The notes: generated by a model from the letters alone, not told the origin. DNA of 35,743 nt from Desulfobacterales bacterium (GCA_030601485.1 JAUVTO010000003.1:1-35743), one strand, 5' to 3'; positions 11,934 through 22,340 are shown, numbered from the stretch's first letter. Numbers and translations: made by a program.

Positions 11934-11962
11934 TCTATAACATCAGTAATAAAGGTTGTCAA
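11934..11962 (-). promoter_or_regulatory. Putative sigma70 promoter of the atp operon
   Basis: TTGACA (11962-11957)-17 nt-TATAGA (11939-11934), with TG upstream of the -10. Confidence 0.55.
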
Positions 11963-12037
11963 AGGTTTTTTTTAATTTTTCTTTTATGTCTTATTTCCCG
12001 TTAAAATTAAACCTGTTACATTGATAAAAGAAAGGGT

Positions 12038-12379
12038 TCAGACTTTCATAAAACAATTTCCATTGAAAACAACTCCGGATTCAATCAAAACAACCGGAGC
12101 CTGAATATCACCTGTAACACGACCCGGCGGATAAACTTCAATTTTTTCCTTTGCATGGATTGTACCATTTACCTCACCCATAATTATCGCGACATCAACA
12201 ATTATCTCTGCGTTCACAACAGCTTTTTCCCCTATAATCACCGTACCTTGCTTGCTGCTAATTTTTCCGGTAACATTTCCGTCCAGCCTGACGGTATTAC
12301 TAAACTCGATTGTCCCTTCAATACTGGTACCGGCTCCCAGCAAAGTGTTTATGGTTTGGGGCTTCTTTGTTTTTTTCAT
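12038..12379 (-). CDS. Bactofilin (polymer-forming cytoskeletal protein, CcmA family)
   Basis: TLLGAGTSIEGTI, RLDGNVTGKI, IIMGEVNGTI, GRVTGDI, IESGVVFNGNCFM beta-helix repeats. Confidence 0.92.
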   Translation of the reverse strand: MKKTKKPQTINTLLGAGTSIEGTIEFSNTVRLDGNVTGKISSKQGTVIIGEKAVVNAEIIVDVAIIMGEVNGTIHAKEKIEVYPPGRVTGDIQAPVVLIESGVVFNGNCFMKV

Positions 12380-12495
12380 ACATTCTCCATAACCCGGACA
12401 AGCCGGTGCAGATCATCCCTTCAGGATATAAAGTAAATATACAGAAAATAGATGAGAGCACATTGTCCGGTTAAGTAACGCATCATATTTCGTGA

Positions 12496-13599
12496 TTATT
12501 CAAACAGGAAGCGCCTCATGCTTATACTCATTAAAAGGCCGACACAAATCATTATGCTAACGATGGATGAACCTCCATAGCTGATAAACGGCAGCGTCAC
12601 ACCGACGATCGGCATCAGGCCCATAGCCATCCCAATATTGATAAAAATCTGCCAGAACATCATTGCCGTGATGCCTACAGCCAGAATAGTGCCAAAAGGA
12701 TCTCTGCATCTATAGGCAATGTTTAATCCCCAGATAATAAGCATAAGAAAAAGAAAAAGCATACCCACCGACCCCACAAATCCCCATTCCTCGGCCAAAA
12801 CTGAAAATATGAAATCGGTATGCTGCTCAGGTAAAAAAGAGAGTGCGTTCTGAGTTCCTTTCAAATATCCTTTGCCGAAGATCATGCCGGAACCTATGGC
12901 AATTTTGGATTGTATAATATGATAGCCTGCACCCAGGGGATCACGGTCTGGATCTATAAATGTTAATATCCGTTTCTTCTGGTAACCTTTCAGTAAAAAC
13001 CAGACCAAAGGACCGGTTATCGTACACGCAGTAATAATACATAAAAATGAGCGTCTCTCAATTTTTACAAAAACAGTCATGAAACCGGCAATCAAAACCA
13101 CCACCATGGCTGTCCCTAAATCCGGTTGTTTAACGATTAAAATAAAAGGCATTGCCGTCAATATCAAAGGGGTAAAGAGTTCTCGCAAGGTAAAACCCCT
13201 GGTATCTGAAAATTTGGAATAGTATCTTGCCAGACTAATTATCACGGCAATCTTGACAAGTTCTGAAGGTTGAATTGAAATAGGGCCCAATACGAGCCAA
13301 CGCCTTGCTCCCCCAACATATTTCCCCATTATTAATACATATATCAAAAGCAATATGCACACCGCATAGATTGCGGGAGCCCATCGATACAATGATTTAT
13401 AATTAATCAAAAAAGACAAAACCATGCCGGTCATCCCGGCACAATACCAGATCATCTGTTTAAAATAGAGTGTTTTTTGCGGCGTGGGAGTCGCTGATGT
13501 TACCGCGCTGTATAGGGTAACAAGACCCAATATTCCGATTAAAAAAGTGAGTCCCAATAAGCCCCAATCAAAGTATTTTACAAACCGCCGATCAAACAT
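12496..13599 (-). CDS. rodA: Rod shape-determining protein RodA (SEDS)
   Basis: GARRWL, QPSELVK, QPDLGT, LPEQHTDFIF, PFISYGGSS; downstream of mrdA. Confidence 0.97.
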   Translation of the reverse strand: MFDRRFVKYFDWGLLGLTFLIGILGLVTLYSAVTSATPTPQKTLYFKQMIWYCAGMTGMVLSFLINYKSLYRWAPAIYAVCILLLIYVLIMGKYVGGARRWLVLGPISIQPSELVKIAVIISLARYYSKFSDTRGFTLRELFTPLILTAMPFILIVKQPDLGTAMVVVLIAGFMTVFVKIERRSFLCIITACTITGPLVWFLLKGYQKKRILTFIDPDRDPLGAGYHIIQSKIAIGSGMIFGKGYLKGTQNALSFLPEQHTDFIFSVLAEEWGFVGSVGMLFLFLMLIIWGLNIAYRCRDPFGTILAVGITAMMFWQIFINIGMAMGLMPIVGVTLPFISYGGSSIVSIMICVGLLMSISMRRFLFE

Positions 13600-13625
13600 G
13601 GTCGCTACATTCCATATAACTATTA

Positions 13626-15485
13626 TTATTGCTTGGAGATTTCAGCTTTCAGCTGCCTTACATATTCATCCTTTTCCAAATATGTCCTAATTATTTCCCT
13701 TGCTATGGGCGCTGCTGCAGTTGATCCGTGTCCTCCATGTTCTACAAGCACGGCAACGGCTATTTGTGGATTCACCGATGGCGCATAAGACACAAACCAT
13801 GCATGATCTTTGAAATGGTACGGAATATCTTTCTCAGATAGATGGGGATCATTAGAACGTCCCACCACCTGTGCGGTTCCGGTTTTTCCGCTGATATCGA
13901 TACCTTTAATATGTGCGATCCGTCCAGTTCCTTTGGGACTGTTAACGACTTCCCACAGACCTTTTTTGACAATCGCCAATGTCTTTTTGCCGGCAGGCAG
14001 CCTGCCGATAATCTGCCTTTTGCTTTGAATAACAATATCACCATCTACTGTTTTAACCGATTTCAGTATCAGTGGCTTATATCTTGTTCCGCCATTTGCC
14101 AATGCCGAAGTCAGAACCAGCATCTGCAATGGCGTTGATAGGTCAAACCCCTGCCCGATGGCCACTGAAAGGGTCTCTCCTCCTTGCCAGGAAATGCCGG
14201 TTCGCCGCTTTTTCCAGGCCGAGGTTGGAATCAGCCCTTCTGCCTCATCGTCCAGATTTATCCCGGTTGCCGACCCCAAACCACATGCCTTGGCGTAAAA
14301 CGCAAGCGGATCTATGCCCAGCTTTTGACCCACCTGGTAAAAAAAGACGTCACAGGATTGGGATAATGCTTTAACAATATCTACGCTACCGTGGCCTCCG
14401 CGTCTCCAGCATCTATAAATACGATTTCCGTATTTATAATACCCCGGACAGTGCATGGTTGTGTTTTCATCGATAACACCTTCCTCCAGCCCTGCAATTG
14501 CGGTTGCAATCTTAAAAGTAGATGCAGGAGGATACTCACCCTGAATAGCCTTGTTTTCCATGGGGCTTAACGGATTGGAAATCAAAGACTCCCATTGTTT
14601 GTGTGACATACCGTCAACAAAAGCATTCTGGTCAAATGAAGGTGAGCTTGCCATTACAAGTATGTCTCCTGTCTCCGGATCCATAGCTACCACTGCACCG
14701 GCTGCGCCTTCTAAAAGTGCTTCCGCCTTTTTCTGCAAAATGTAGTCAATGGTCAGATATATATTTTGTCCGGGCAGGGCATCAACCGTTTTTAAGACTT
14801 TAACAACCTGTCCCATGACATTTACTTCGACCTGTCGCCCCCCTCGCTTTCCCTTCAAAAACCGTTCAAATATTTTTTCAACACCAAACTTTCCGATAAA
14901 ATCACCGCCTTTACACTCCGGATGTTTCCCCGATTTGAGCTCATCAGAACTGATTTCACTCAAATATCCGATCAGATGGGCGGCGCTCTGCCTTTTGATG
15001 TAGTGTCTTCGAGGCTTTACATTTACAACAATACCGGGAAGATCGAATTTTCGAACATCGACAGCCGCAAGGGCATCTCGCCCGATATCCTGTTTCAAAA
15101 GAATCGGTTTATAGGACAAAATACCTTTATTATGCCCAATTTTTTTCATAAGCTCCGATACAGGAACCTCAATCAATTTAGCCAACTTCTCAATAGTACG
15201 ATCAACAGGTTTGGCGTCTTTTAAAATAATACTAAGATCAAACGCCGGCCGATTATCAACAAGAAGTATTCCATTACGATCAAAAATCATCCCTCTGGAA
15301 GCATCTGTACTTTGCAGCCGAATACAGTTGTTTTCTGAAAGTCGCCTTAACTCCTGTCCCTGAACCACCTGAAGATAAAATAAACGTAATAAAAGAATAA
15401 AAAAGGCTCCTGAAACGCATAATATCACCCGGATTAAACGTTGTTTGTACCAATCGGTATCTGCGGTTTTTAAATATTTGCCCAA
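13626..15485 (-). CDS. mrdA: Penicillin-binding protein 2
   Basis: RGMIFDRNG, YPPASTFK (SxxK), SCD, KTGTAQ; start probably TTG at 15485 after GAGGT (track start 15500). Confidence 0.97.
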   Translation of the reverse strand: MGKYLKTADTDWYKQRLIRVILCVSGAFFILLLRLFYLQVVQGQELRRLSENNCIRLQSTDASRGMIFDRNGILLVDNRPAFDLSIILKDAKPVDRTIEKLAKLIEVPVSELMKKIGHNKGILSYKPILLKQDIGRDALAAVDVRKFDLPGIVVNVKPRRHYIKRQSAAHLIGYLSEISSDELKSGKHPECKGGDFIGKFGVEKIFERFLKGKRGGRQVEVNVMGQVVKVLKTVDALPGQNIYLTIDYILQKKAEALLEGAAGAVVAMDPETGDILVMASSPSFDQNAFVDGMSHKQWESLISNPLSPMENKAIQGEYPPASTFKIATAIAGLEEGVIDENTTMHCPGYYKYGNRIYRCWRRGGHGSVDIVKALSQSCDVFFYQVGQKLGIDPLAFYAKACGLGSATGINLDDEAEGLIPTSAWKKRRTGISWQGGETLSVAIGQGFDLSTPLQMLVLTSALANGGTRYKPLILKSVKTVDGDIVIQSKRQIIGRLPAGKKTLAIVKKGLWEVVNSPKGTGRIAHIKGIDISGKTGTAQVVGRSNDPHLSEKDIPYHFKDHAWFVSYAPSVNPQIAVAVLVEHGGHGSTAAAPIAREIIRTYLEKDEYVRQLKAEISKQ

Positions 15486-15496
15486 AGGGACCTCAA

Positions 15497-16012
15497 TCAA
15501 TTTTCTTTGACAACCACTTTCTTAAGCCAGTTATTCCATCTTTTATGGGAATAATTAAAAAACATCAGAAAAATCGGCCCGGTAAATATTGCCCATAAAA
15601 CCTGTATCGTAACCGTGCTTATAGCAGCAGATAAAAACTGCGTGCCCGGTTTGAACATGGCAATGATTCCTATAAATATGCAATTTTGCAGTAACACGCC
15701 TGCAGCAACAATAAATGGCAAAAGAAAGCTGTCTCCTACATGTAAAAATGTAATAATCCACCGAACCCCTGCGAAGAGCCAGATATAGGTTGTTAAATAT
15801 AGCCCAAACGGGCCTCCGGAAAGGCTATCCATCATAATTCCAAAAAAGAGTATGACAGGTATGCTTTGACGAAGAGAATGAAAAAGACTTAAATAAATAA
15901 CAAACGGGAAAAGCAGATCATAAAACCTGTCGAACAAATGGAAATAGGGCATAACCGTTGTCTGAAGAAGCACCAGACAAATACAGATGCCGACATGAAA
16001 ACAATACGTCAT
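15497..16012 (-). CDS. mreD: Rod shape-determining protein MreD
   Basis: Hydrophobic 171-aa protein with GIMMDSLSGGPFG, between mreC and mrdA. Confidence 0.88.
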   Translation of the reverse strand: MTYCFHVGICICLVLLQTTVMPYFHLFDRFYDLLFPFVIYLSLFHSLRQSIPVILFFGIMMDSLSGGPFGLYLTTYIWLFAGVRWIITFLHVGDSFLLPFIVAAGVLLQNCIFIGIIAMFKPGTQFLSAAISTVTIQVLWAIFTGPIFLMFFNYSHKRWNNWLKKVVVKEN

Positions 16013-16842
16013 TGCTCGCTCTGAAACTTATGCTTTTTGGGGTTCAGTACAATCAGAACCTCTTCAAGTTTTTCGAAATCAACGAATGGGGTAACTGATA
16101 CTTCCTGAAAAATCCCTGACTTGGGTTTGATAACGTCCGAAACGTGGCCCACGGGAAGTCCTTTTAGAAAAACACCATCCAATCCGGATGAAACAACGGT
16201 ATCGCCAACTGCAACCCCTTTCTTGCGCAGAACATATTTAAAAACACATCGGTCCGCAAACCCGCCCTTAATAATTCCGCGCGCCCGAGTCCCCTGCACC
16301 AGTGCATCGACGGCACTGTTATGGTCAATAATCAGAAGAACTTTGGAATTATGGACCGAGACCTCTGCAACCTGCCCCACAATTCCTTGAGGAATCACAA
16401 CAGCCGCACCTTTTTCCACACCATCATCTTTTCCCTTATTTATCATTATCGTCTTAAACCAGGGAGAGGGATCTTTGCCGATAACCTCGGCAGCAATTAC
16501 TTTATTGGTAATGGTTTTCTGAAAGTTAAGTAAGCTTCGGAGACGAATGTTGGAAAGCTTAAATTCCTTATGCAGATTGTTTCTTTCAACTGCAAGACTT
16601 AATGCTTTTTTATAATTATCATTTTCTTTTGCCGTTTCAACAAGAAAGAAATAGTGGAACCAGATATCTTTTACAAAACGAATTGAACGGGAAACAGCCT
16701 CCTGAAACGGGGCAATTAAAGAAATAGCTATCCGCCCTGGGCCATACGATTGATAGCGGCGATTGGAAACAGAAAGGACTATGATGTTGACAGCAATCAG
16801 AACGATCACCCCAATAATCATCACCATCTTTTTGGGGAACAT
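16009..16842 (-). CDS. mreC: Rod shape-determining protein MreC
   Basis: N-terminal TM, coiled coil, INKGKDDGV, GDTVVSSGLDGVFLKGLPVG. Confidence 0.96.
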   Translation of the reverse strand: MFPKKMVMIIGVIVLIAVNIIVLSVSNRRYQSYGPGRIAISLIAPFQEAVSRSIRFVKDIWFHYFFLVETAKENDNYKKALSLAVERNNLHKEFKLSNIRLRSLLNFQKTITNKVIAAEVIGKDPSPWFKTIMINKGKDDGVEKGAAVVIPQGIVGQVAEVSVHNSKVLLIIDHNSAVDALVQGTRARGIIKGGFADRCVFKYVLRKKGVAVGDTVVSSGLDGVFLKGLPVGHVSDVIKPKSGIFQEVSVTPFVDFEKLEEVLIVLNPKKHKFQSEQ

Positions 16843-16846
16843 AACA

Positions 16847-17896
<1,050 letters not shown>

Positions 17897-18053
17897 TCAT
17901 ATCGGCACACGAAAAGTGCTCATCCCTCATTTTTAAAAGATATTTTTTATAACCCTGAAAAAAGCTTGATAATTTGTCAGTCATTTAAATAAATAAATTT
18001 ATCAGACTCACTCTATGATTACAAGAAAAATATCAAGCTATAAAATCGCATCC

Positions 18054-19139
18054 CTATTTAATTAAACCGTTATTCATAAGCTTTTTCATGACCCTATCAT
18101 GCAATTTCGGTCTAAAGGCTTTTATTTTGTTATTATCACGCGATGGATGTACACGGTTGGTTAATAATATAATGATCACTCTGCGGTCAAGATCCATCCA
18201 GAAAGATGTGCCGGTGAAGCCAAGATGACCCACTGTTTCCTTTGAAAAATATTGGCCGCAACTTGAGCCGACCGGAGATGGGGTGTCAAACCCCAGAACT
18301 CGACCGGTATGTTCCTGACGTTTAAAAAAACTTTGAATTAAATCAGTATCAAATACACCCGTGGAAGGGGAACCCAAATATGCGGCCATAAGCTCGGACA
18401 AAAGAGAAAGAACATCTTTGGCCGTCCCGAAAAGACCCGCATGTCCCTGGATACCCCCCACCACGTAGGCGTTATCATCATGGACCGCGCCTTCCAAAAG
18501 TATGTTCCGCCACGAACAGAGTTCGGTAGCGGCAAATTTTACCTGACGGGGCGTTAAATCAAGATCCACAAAAAACAGATTTTCAAGGCCCAATGGATGG
18601 TAGATCTCTTTAGTAACAAACCGGTCCAATCGATTTCCGGACACCTGTTCTATTACCCAGCACAGAATCATGAATCCTATATCACTATACATCACCTCTT
18701 TGCCGGGGGGATTTATAAGCGGTTCTTTCGCCAGAAGCTCTCTTAACGCATCTTTTCTTAGATTTGGCTTAAGCTTGCACAACAGTTTGTAATAGGGGCG
18801 GTAATCCGGAAAGCCCGAATTATGATAAAGCAGGTTTTCTATACTTATCCGTCCCTTGTCTGTGCTGTTAAATTGGGACAAAATCGATCCCAGATGTTGA
18901 CCCAGCTCCAGCTTTTGTTGAGAAATGAGCTTTATGATCGCCAGCGTGGTTGCCAGAGGTTTTGTAAAAGATGCCAGGTCAAAAACGGTATGACTTGTCA
19001 TTTGACGACCAGAGAATATATTCGCATATCCGTATGCTTGGAAAAAAATTTCGGAACCGGCGGTTGAGACCAGGAGCACTCCTCCGGGGAACACTTTATT
19101 GGAAACCGCTTGTTTCATCAAGTTGTTTACCGATTTCAT
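18054..19139 (-). CDS. Serine hydrolase, beta-lactamase class C-like/AmiE-like (probably peptidoglycan recycling)
   Basis: FDLASFTK (SxxK), LLYHNSG, YSD, VHDDNA, GHAGLF, GHLGFTGTS; start likely ATG 19139, just after the ldcA stop. Confidence 0.88.
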   Translation of the reverse strand: MKSVNNLMKQAVSNKVFPGGVLLVSTAGSEIFFQAYGYANIFSGRQMTSHTVFDLASFTKPLATTLAIIKLISQQKLELGQHLGSILSQFNSTDKGRISIENLLYHNSGFPDYRPYYKLLCKLKPNLRKDALRELLAKEPLINPPGKEVMYSDIGFMILCWVIEQVSGNRLDRFVTKEIYHPLGLENLFFVDLDLTPRQVKFAATELCSWRNILLEGAVHDDNAYVVGGIQGHAGLFGTAKDVLSLLSELMAAYLGSPSTGVFDTDLIQSFFKRQEHTGRVLGFDTPSPVGSSCGQYFSKETVGHLGFTGTSFWMDLDRRVIIILLTNRVHPSRDNNKIKAFRPKLHDRVMKKLMNNGLIK

Positions 19140-19143
19140 GTTG

Positions 19144-20076
19144 TCATTCGTCAGTAGTAGCCATGGTTGCCGGTTCATGAAAAGTCAAAATTTGCCGGTC
19201 AGCGTCAAGGGTTGCTCCCAGTCCCATTGGAATCGTGATATTGATCCTGGCGTGGCCGATTTCAAAACCAGAAAGAATAGGAATGTTGACATCTTTAAAC
19301 ACTTCCTGAATGATCCGGAATATCTCATCAAGTTTTCCACACGCTTCAAAGGAACCCAGGAAAAGGCCCTTAATCCCCTCAAAACATGTGGCAAGCTTCA
19401 TCTGGGTTAGCATCCGGTCAATTCGATAGGGCGCCTCTCCCTGATCCTCAAGAAACAGGATCTTCCCGTTGAAACGCGGGGTATAAGGAGTCCCAACAAG
19501 ATGACACAAGGTGGTCAGGTTCCCGCCGACCACAAATCCAGAGGAAACACCCGGCTTGATGACAATGCCTTTTTCGGGTTTCAGCTCAAGGATTATATTG
19601 GATGTCATCACCCTACGCATTGCCGCGATGGTCTCTTCGGCGGTGTTTGCCAGGGTGGTTACCACAGGCCCGTGAAAGGTGACCAGGCTGCACCGGGTAT
19701 GTAATACGGACAGCAGCACCGAAATATCGCTGAATCCCACAAAGATTTTGGGATTGTTTTGAATGGTTTTAAAATCGAGAAACGGAAGTATCCGCAGGCT
19801 GCCATACCCGCCCCGGGCACAAACAACCGCTTGGACGGCCGGATCATCGAACAGACGATTCACCTGATCCGCCCGCTGCACGTCGGTTCCGGCAAGAAAT
19901 CCATGTTTTCGGAAAATACCCTCATCAAAAAACGTTTTAAACCCCATTGACTCCAGAACCGCCTTCCCTTTCATGAATTTTGCCGGGTCAAACGGACCGG
20001 CAGGCGCAACAATGCCAACTGTATCGCCCGGCATCAGACAGCGAGGCTTAATGGATTTTTTCTCTTTAATTTGCAT
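19144..20076 (-). CDS. ldcA: LD-carboxypeptidase (peptidase S66)
   Basis: ARGGYG, GFSDIS nucleophile, GGNL, LFLED, IGH. Confidence 0.92.
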   Translation of the reverse strand: MQIKEKKSIKPRCLMPGDTVGIVAPAGPFDPAKFMKGKAVLESMGFKTFFDEGIFRKHGFLAGTDVQRADQVNRLFDDPAVQAVVCARGGYGSLRILPFLDFKTIQNNPKIFVGFSDISVLLSVLHTRCSLVTFHGPVVTTLANTAEETIAAMRRVMTSNIILELKPEKGIVIKPGVSSGFVVGGNLTTLCHLVGTPYTPRFNGKILFLEDQGEAPYRIDRMLTQMKLATCFEGIKGLFLGSFEACGKLDEIFRIIQEVFKDVNIPILSGFEIGHARINITIPMGLGATLDADRQILTFHEPATMATTDE

Positions 20077-20328
20077 GGGGTTGTGTGTTTCTTAAATTAA
20101 GTTTTAGAATAACGGATAACGCCAAAATCGAGTTTTGATTAAATTTGTGTTAAATAAAACGTCCTTTTTACGAAATCGTCAATAAAAATTTAAAACTATT
20201 ATCATATGAAGGTTTCGGAAAAATCTATATTGATCGCAGAAAGTATAAGGAAACGACTTTTTCACAGTCATCATCTTATATCATATCTTGACATGGCATA
20301 TTTGAGATGTTAATTATTCATTTATCGT

Positions 20329-20405
20329 CGGGGCGTGGCGCAGTCTGGAAGCGCACTTGAATGGGGTTCAAGGGGTCGGAAGTTCAAATCTTCTCGCCCC
20401 GACCA
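20329..20405 (+). tRNA. tRNA-Pro (GGG)
   Basis: CGGGGCG acceptor stem pairs with CGCCCCG; anticodon arm CTTGA-AT-GGG-GT-TCAAG; GTTCAAATC T-loop; encoded CCA; 77 nt. Confidence 0.97.
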
Positions 20406-20716
20406 AAAATAAAAAGTAAATCAATCGGGTTAGCAATCAGGCTTTCCTGCTCTTTTTTTTGAAACCGCCTGCCATCTTGCCAGTAATAATTGAACAGCAC
20501 CCGCTGAAGATAGTTTAAAAGAAGAATTCACACGTCACACGAAAGTATAAAAGGGTTGGAATGTCTTCCGACGCCTTTCATTAAGCCGGTTTCCTTGGGC
20601 TTCCTTGTCCTTGTGAATATCATCCAGGGAAAGGATGAGCAAGCCTTAAGGCGGGGTGTTCTAAACGGTCTGGTGCCATTCCTTCAATCCCATAATCCTC
20701 CAACACCACAGAATTC

Positions 20717-20745
20717 TTGACAGTCCTTTATTACTGGTGTATTTA
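20717..20745 (+). promoter_or_regulatory. Putative sigma70 promoter of the basic-protein gene
   Basis: TTGACA-17 nt-TATTTA. Confidence 0.5.
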
Positions 20746-20877
20746 ATTGAATTAATTCAAATTTCGGAGGCTTCAAATATAGTCAAAGAAGCTCTTTTTT
20801 TACATGTGGGAAATCGTTGAAAATGTGGGTAGATCATTAAACGTATTAAACGTATAAAGGAAAGGAGGAACCCGGAA

Positions 20878-21228
20878 ATGAAGAATCTAATTAAGAACCT
20901 GCAAGCCGCGAACAGGGATCTAAAGGCACTATCAAAGAAAGTTGATAAGATGATTGTCGAGGTCGGGAAACTTGAGAAACCAAAATCAGCAAAGAAAGCC
21001 GTGGCCAAAGCAAAGCCCGTAAAAAAGGTCGTTGCTAAAAAAACCGTCAAATTAACAGCGGCCGATACTCTTTTTGGCATAATTAAAAGATTCAAAAAGG
21101 GCTCTGATGTGGCTACACTGATGGAAAAGACGGGTTTCAATAGAAGAAAAATATACGACAATGTTAAGATTTTGAAGAAGCAGGGGAAAATTAGGACTGC
21201 TGGAATTGGCGTGTATGTTAAGGCATAA
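20878..21228 (+). CDS. Small very basic protein (coiled coil + Lys/Ala-rich linker + probable winged helix); candidate nucleoid-associated protein
   Basis: Strong RBS AAAGGAGG; heptad N-terminus; KPKSAKKAVAKAKPVKKVVAKK linker; C-terminal HTH + wing pattern (VATLMEKTGFNRRKIYDNVKILKKQGKIRTAGIGVY). Confidence 0.8.
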   Translation: MKNLIKNLQAANRDLKALSKKVDKMIVEVGKLEKPKSAKKAVAKAKPVKKVVAKKTVKLTAADTLFGIIKRFKKGSDVATLMEKTGFNRRKIYDNVKILKKQGKIRTAGIGVYVKA

Positions 21229-21249
21229 ACACTTCGATAATATTTAATT

Positions 21250-21444
21250 TTGACGGTTTCGTAAAAAGTCTGATTTTGCTCTCTCTGTGAGAAATTTTGG
21301 GATTCATAAATCGCCCGGCTAAATTTCAAAAACTCGGGCTAATGCCCTCAAACAGTTTGAAATTTTTAACGCCAGGTGATTTATGAATCTTTTTCCAAAA
21401 TTTCTCAATGTCGTTCACAAAATGACTTTTTACGAGTTCATCAA
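21250..21444. mobile_element. MITE/REP-like palindromic element (~195 bp)
   Basis: 21-bp terminal IR TTGACGGTTTCGTAAAAAGTC / GACTTTTTACGAGTTCATCAA (17/21) enclosing nested IRs (TGAGAAATTTTGG/CCAAAATTTCTCA, GATTCATAAATC/GATTTATGAATC, AAATTTCAAA/TTTGAAATTT). Confidence 0.75.
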
Positions 21445-21696
21445 TTTTTGGAGTAAATAAAAAAGACCTTTAGGAGACCCGAGGCGGTGAGCTGGAAATT
21501 GACGACTCAATTCAGGAAACAGCCCCATGTCATGAATAAAGGCTTATACATGACATTTAAATTATACCAGGGTATGAGCCTCTTCTGTTTCCGGGGCAAT
21601 TAATGAACCCATTGCATTCGGGTAGAGACCGGATTTTTGACCATATGAACAATCCGTAGTACACCTCAGGAATAAATCTAACCATAGGGGGGTTAA

Positions 21697-22221
21697 ATGC
21701 AAAATTATATAGATCGTATTGTTCGTGCTGCCAAGCTCGATATTAACCTATATGAAGAGGTTGAGGCGGATAAAGGAGCAATGGGTCAAGCCATGGGAGT
21801 TGTTGTGCTTTCCAGTCTGGCAGCCGGGATAGGAAGCATAGGAACCATAGGAGCAAAGGGAATCGTTATCGGAGCGATCACAGCTCTTATCGCTTGGTAT
21901 GTTTGGGCCTATATGACGTATTTTATCGGTGTTAAACTCCTTCCTGAGCCCCAGACCAAAGCTGATCATGGTGAATTGCTGCGAACCATCGGTTTTTCAA
22001 GCTCTCCGGGGTTAATTCGAGTATTGGCTATTATACCTGGTATATCCGGGATCATTTTTGCTATCGCTTCAATTTGGATGTTAATAGCTATGGTTATTGC
22101 GGTAAGACAGGCTCTTGACTATCAGAGCACATTACGTGCTATAGGTGTTTGTATGATTGGCTGGGTTATTCAAGCAATAATCTTTATGATTTTATTTTCT
22201 ATTTTAGGCACAACAAACTGA
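21697..22221 (+). CDS. Yip1-family membrane protein
   Basis: About 5 TM helices; LYEEVEAD, ELLRTIGFSSSPG, IAVRQALDY; GGGGG RBS. Confidence 0.8.
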   Translation: MQNYIDRIVRAAKLDINLYEEVEADKGAMGQAMGVVVLSSLAAGIGSIGTIGAKGIVIGAITALIAWYVWAYMTYFIGVKLLPEPQTKADHGELLRTIGFSSSPGLIRVLAIIPGISGIIFAIASIWMLIAMVIAVRQALDYQSTLRAIGVCMIGWVIQAIIFMILFSILGTTN

Positions 22222-22340
22222 TTTCTTGACTACTTTAAAAAGATTTTTTTTCTTATTATGCCTAAACCATTCACACTATGGCGTTTTGGCATCGTGTATA
22301 TCTTCGGTTCGGACTTCTCGATTCTTCATTTGAATTCGGT

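Noticed and set aside
20680-20715. Minus-strand FCGVGGL resembling DNA cytosine methyltransferase motif I
   Set aside because: Followed by a stop within three codons, with no other motifs; probably chance
20757-21329. 190-aa minus-strand ORF
   Set aside because: Antisense shadow of the Lys-rich gene; it starts inside the palindromic element and has a Phe-rich composition mirroring AAA codons
21470-21680. Glycine or c-di-GMP riboswitch
   Set aside because: Only fragments (GGAGA, CTCAGG) match; core consensus elements are missing; kept as an unassigned structured region
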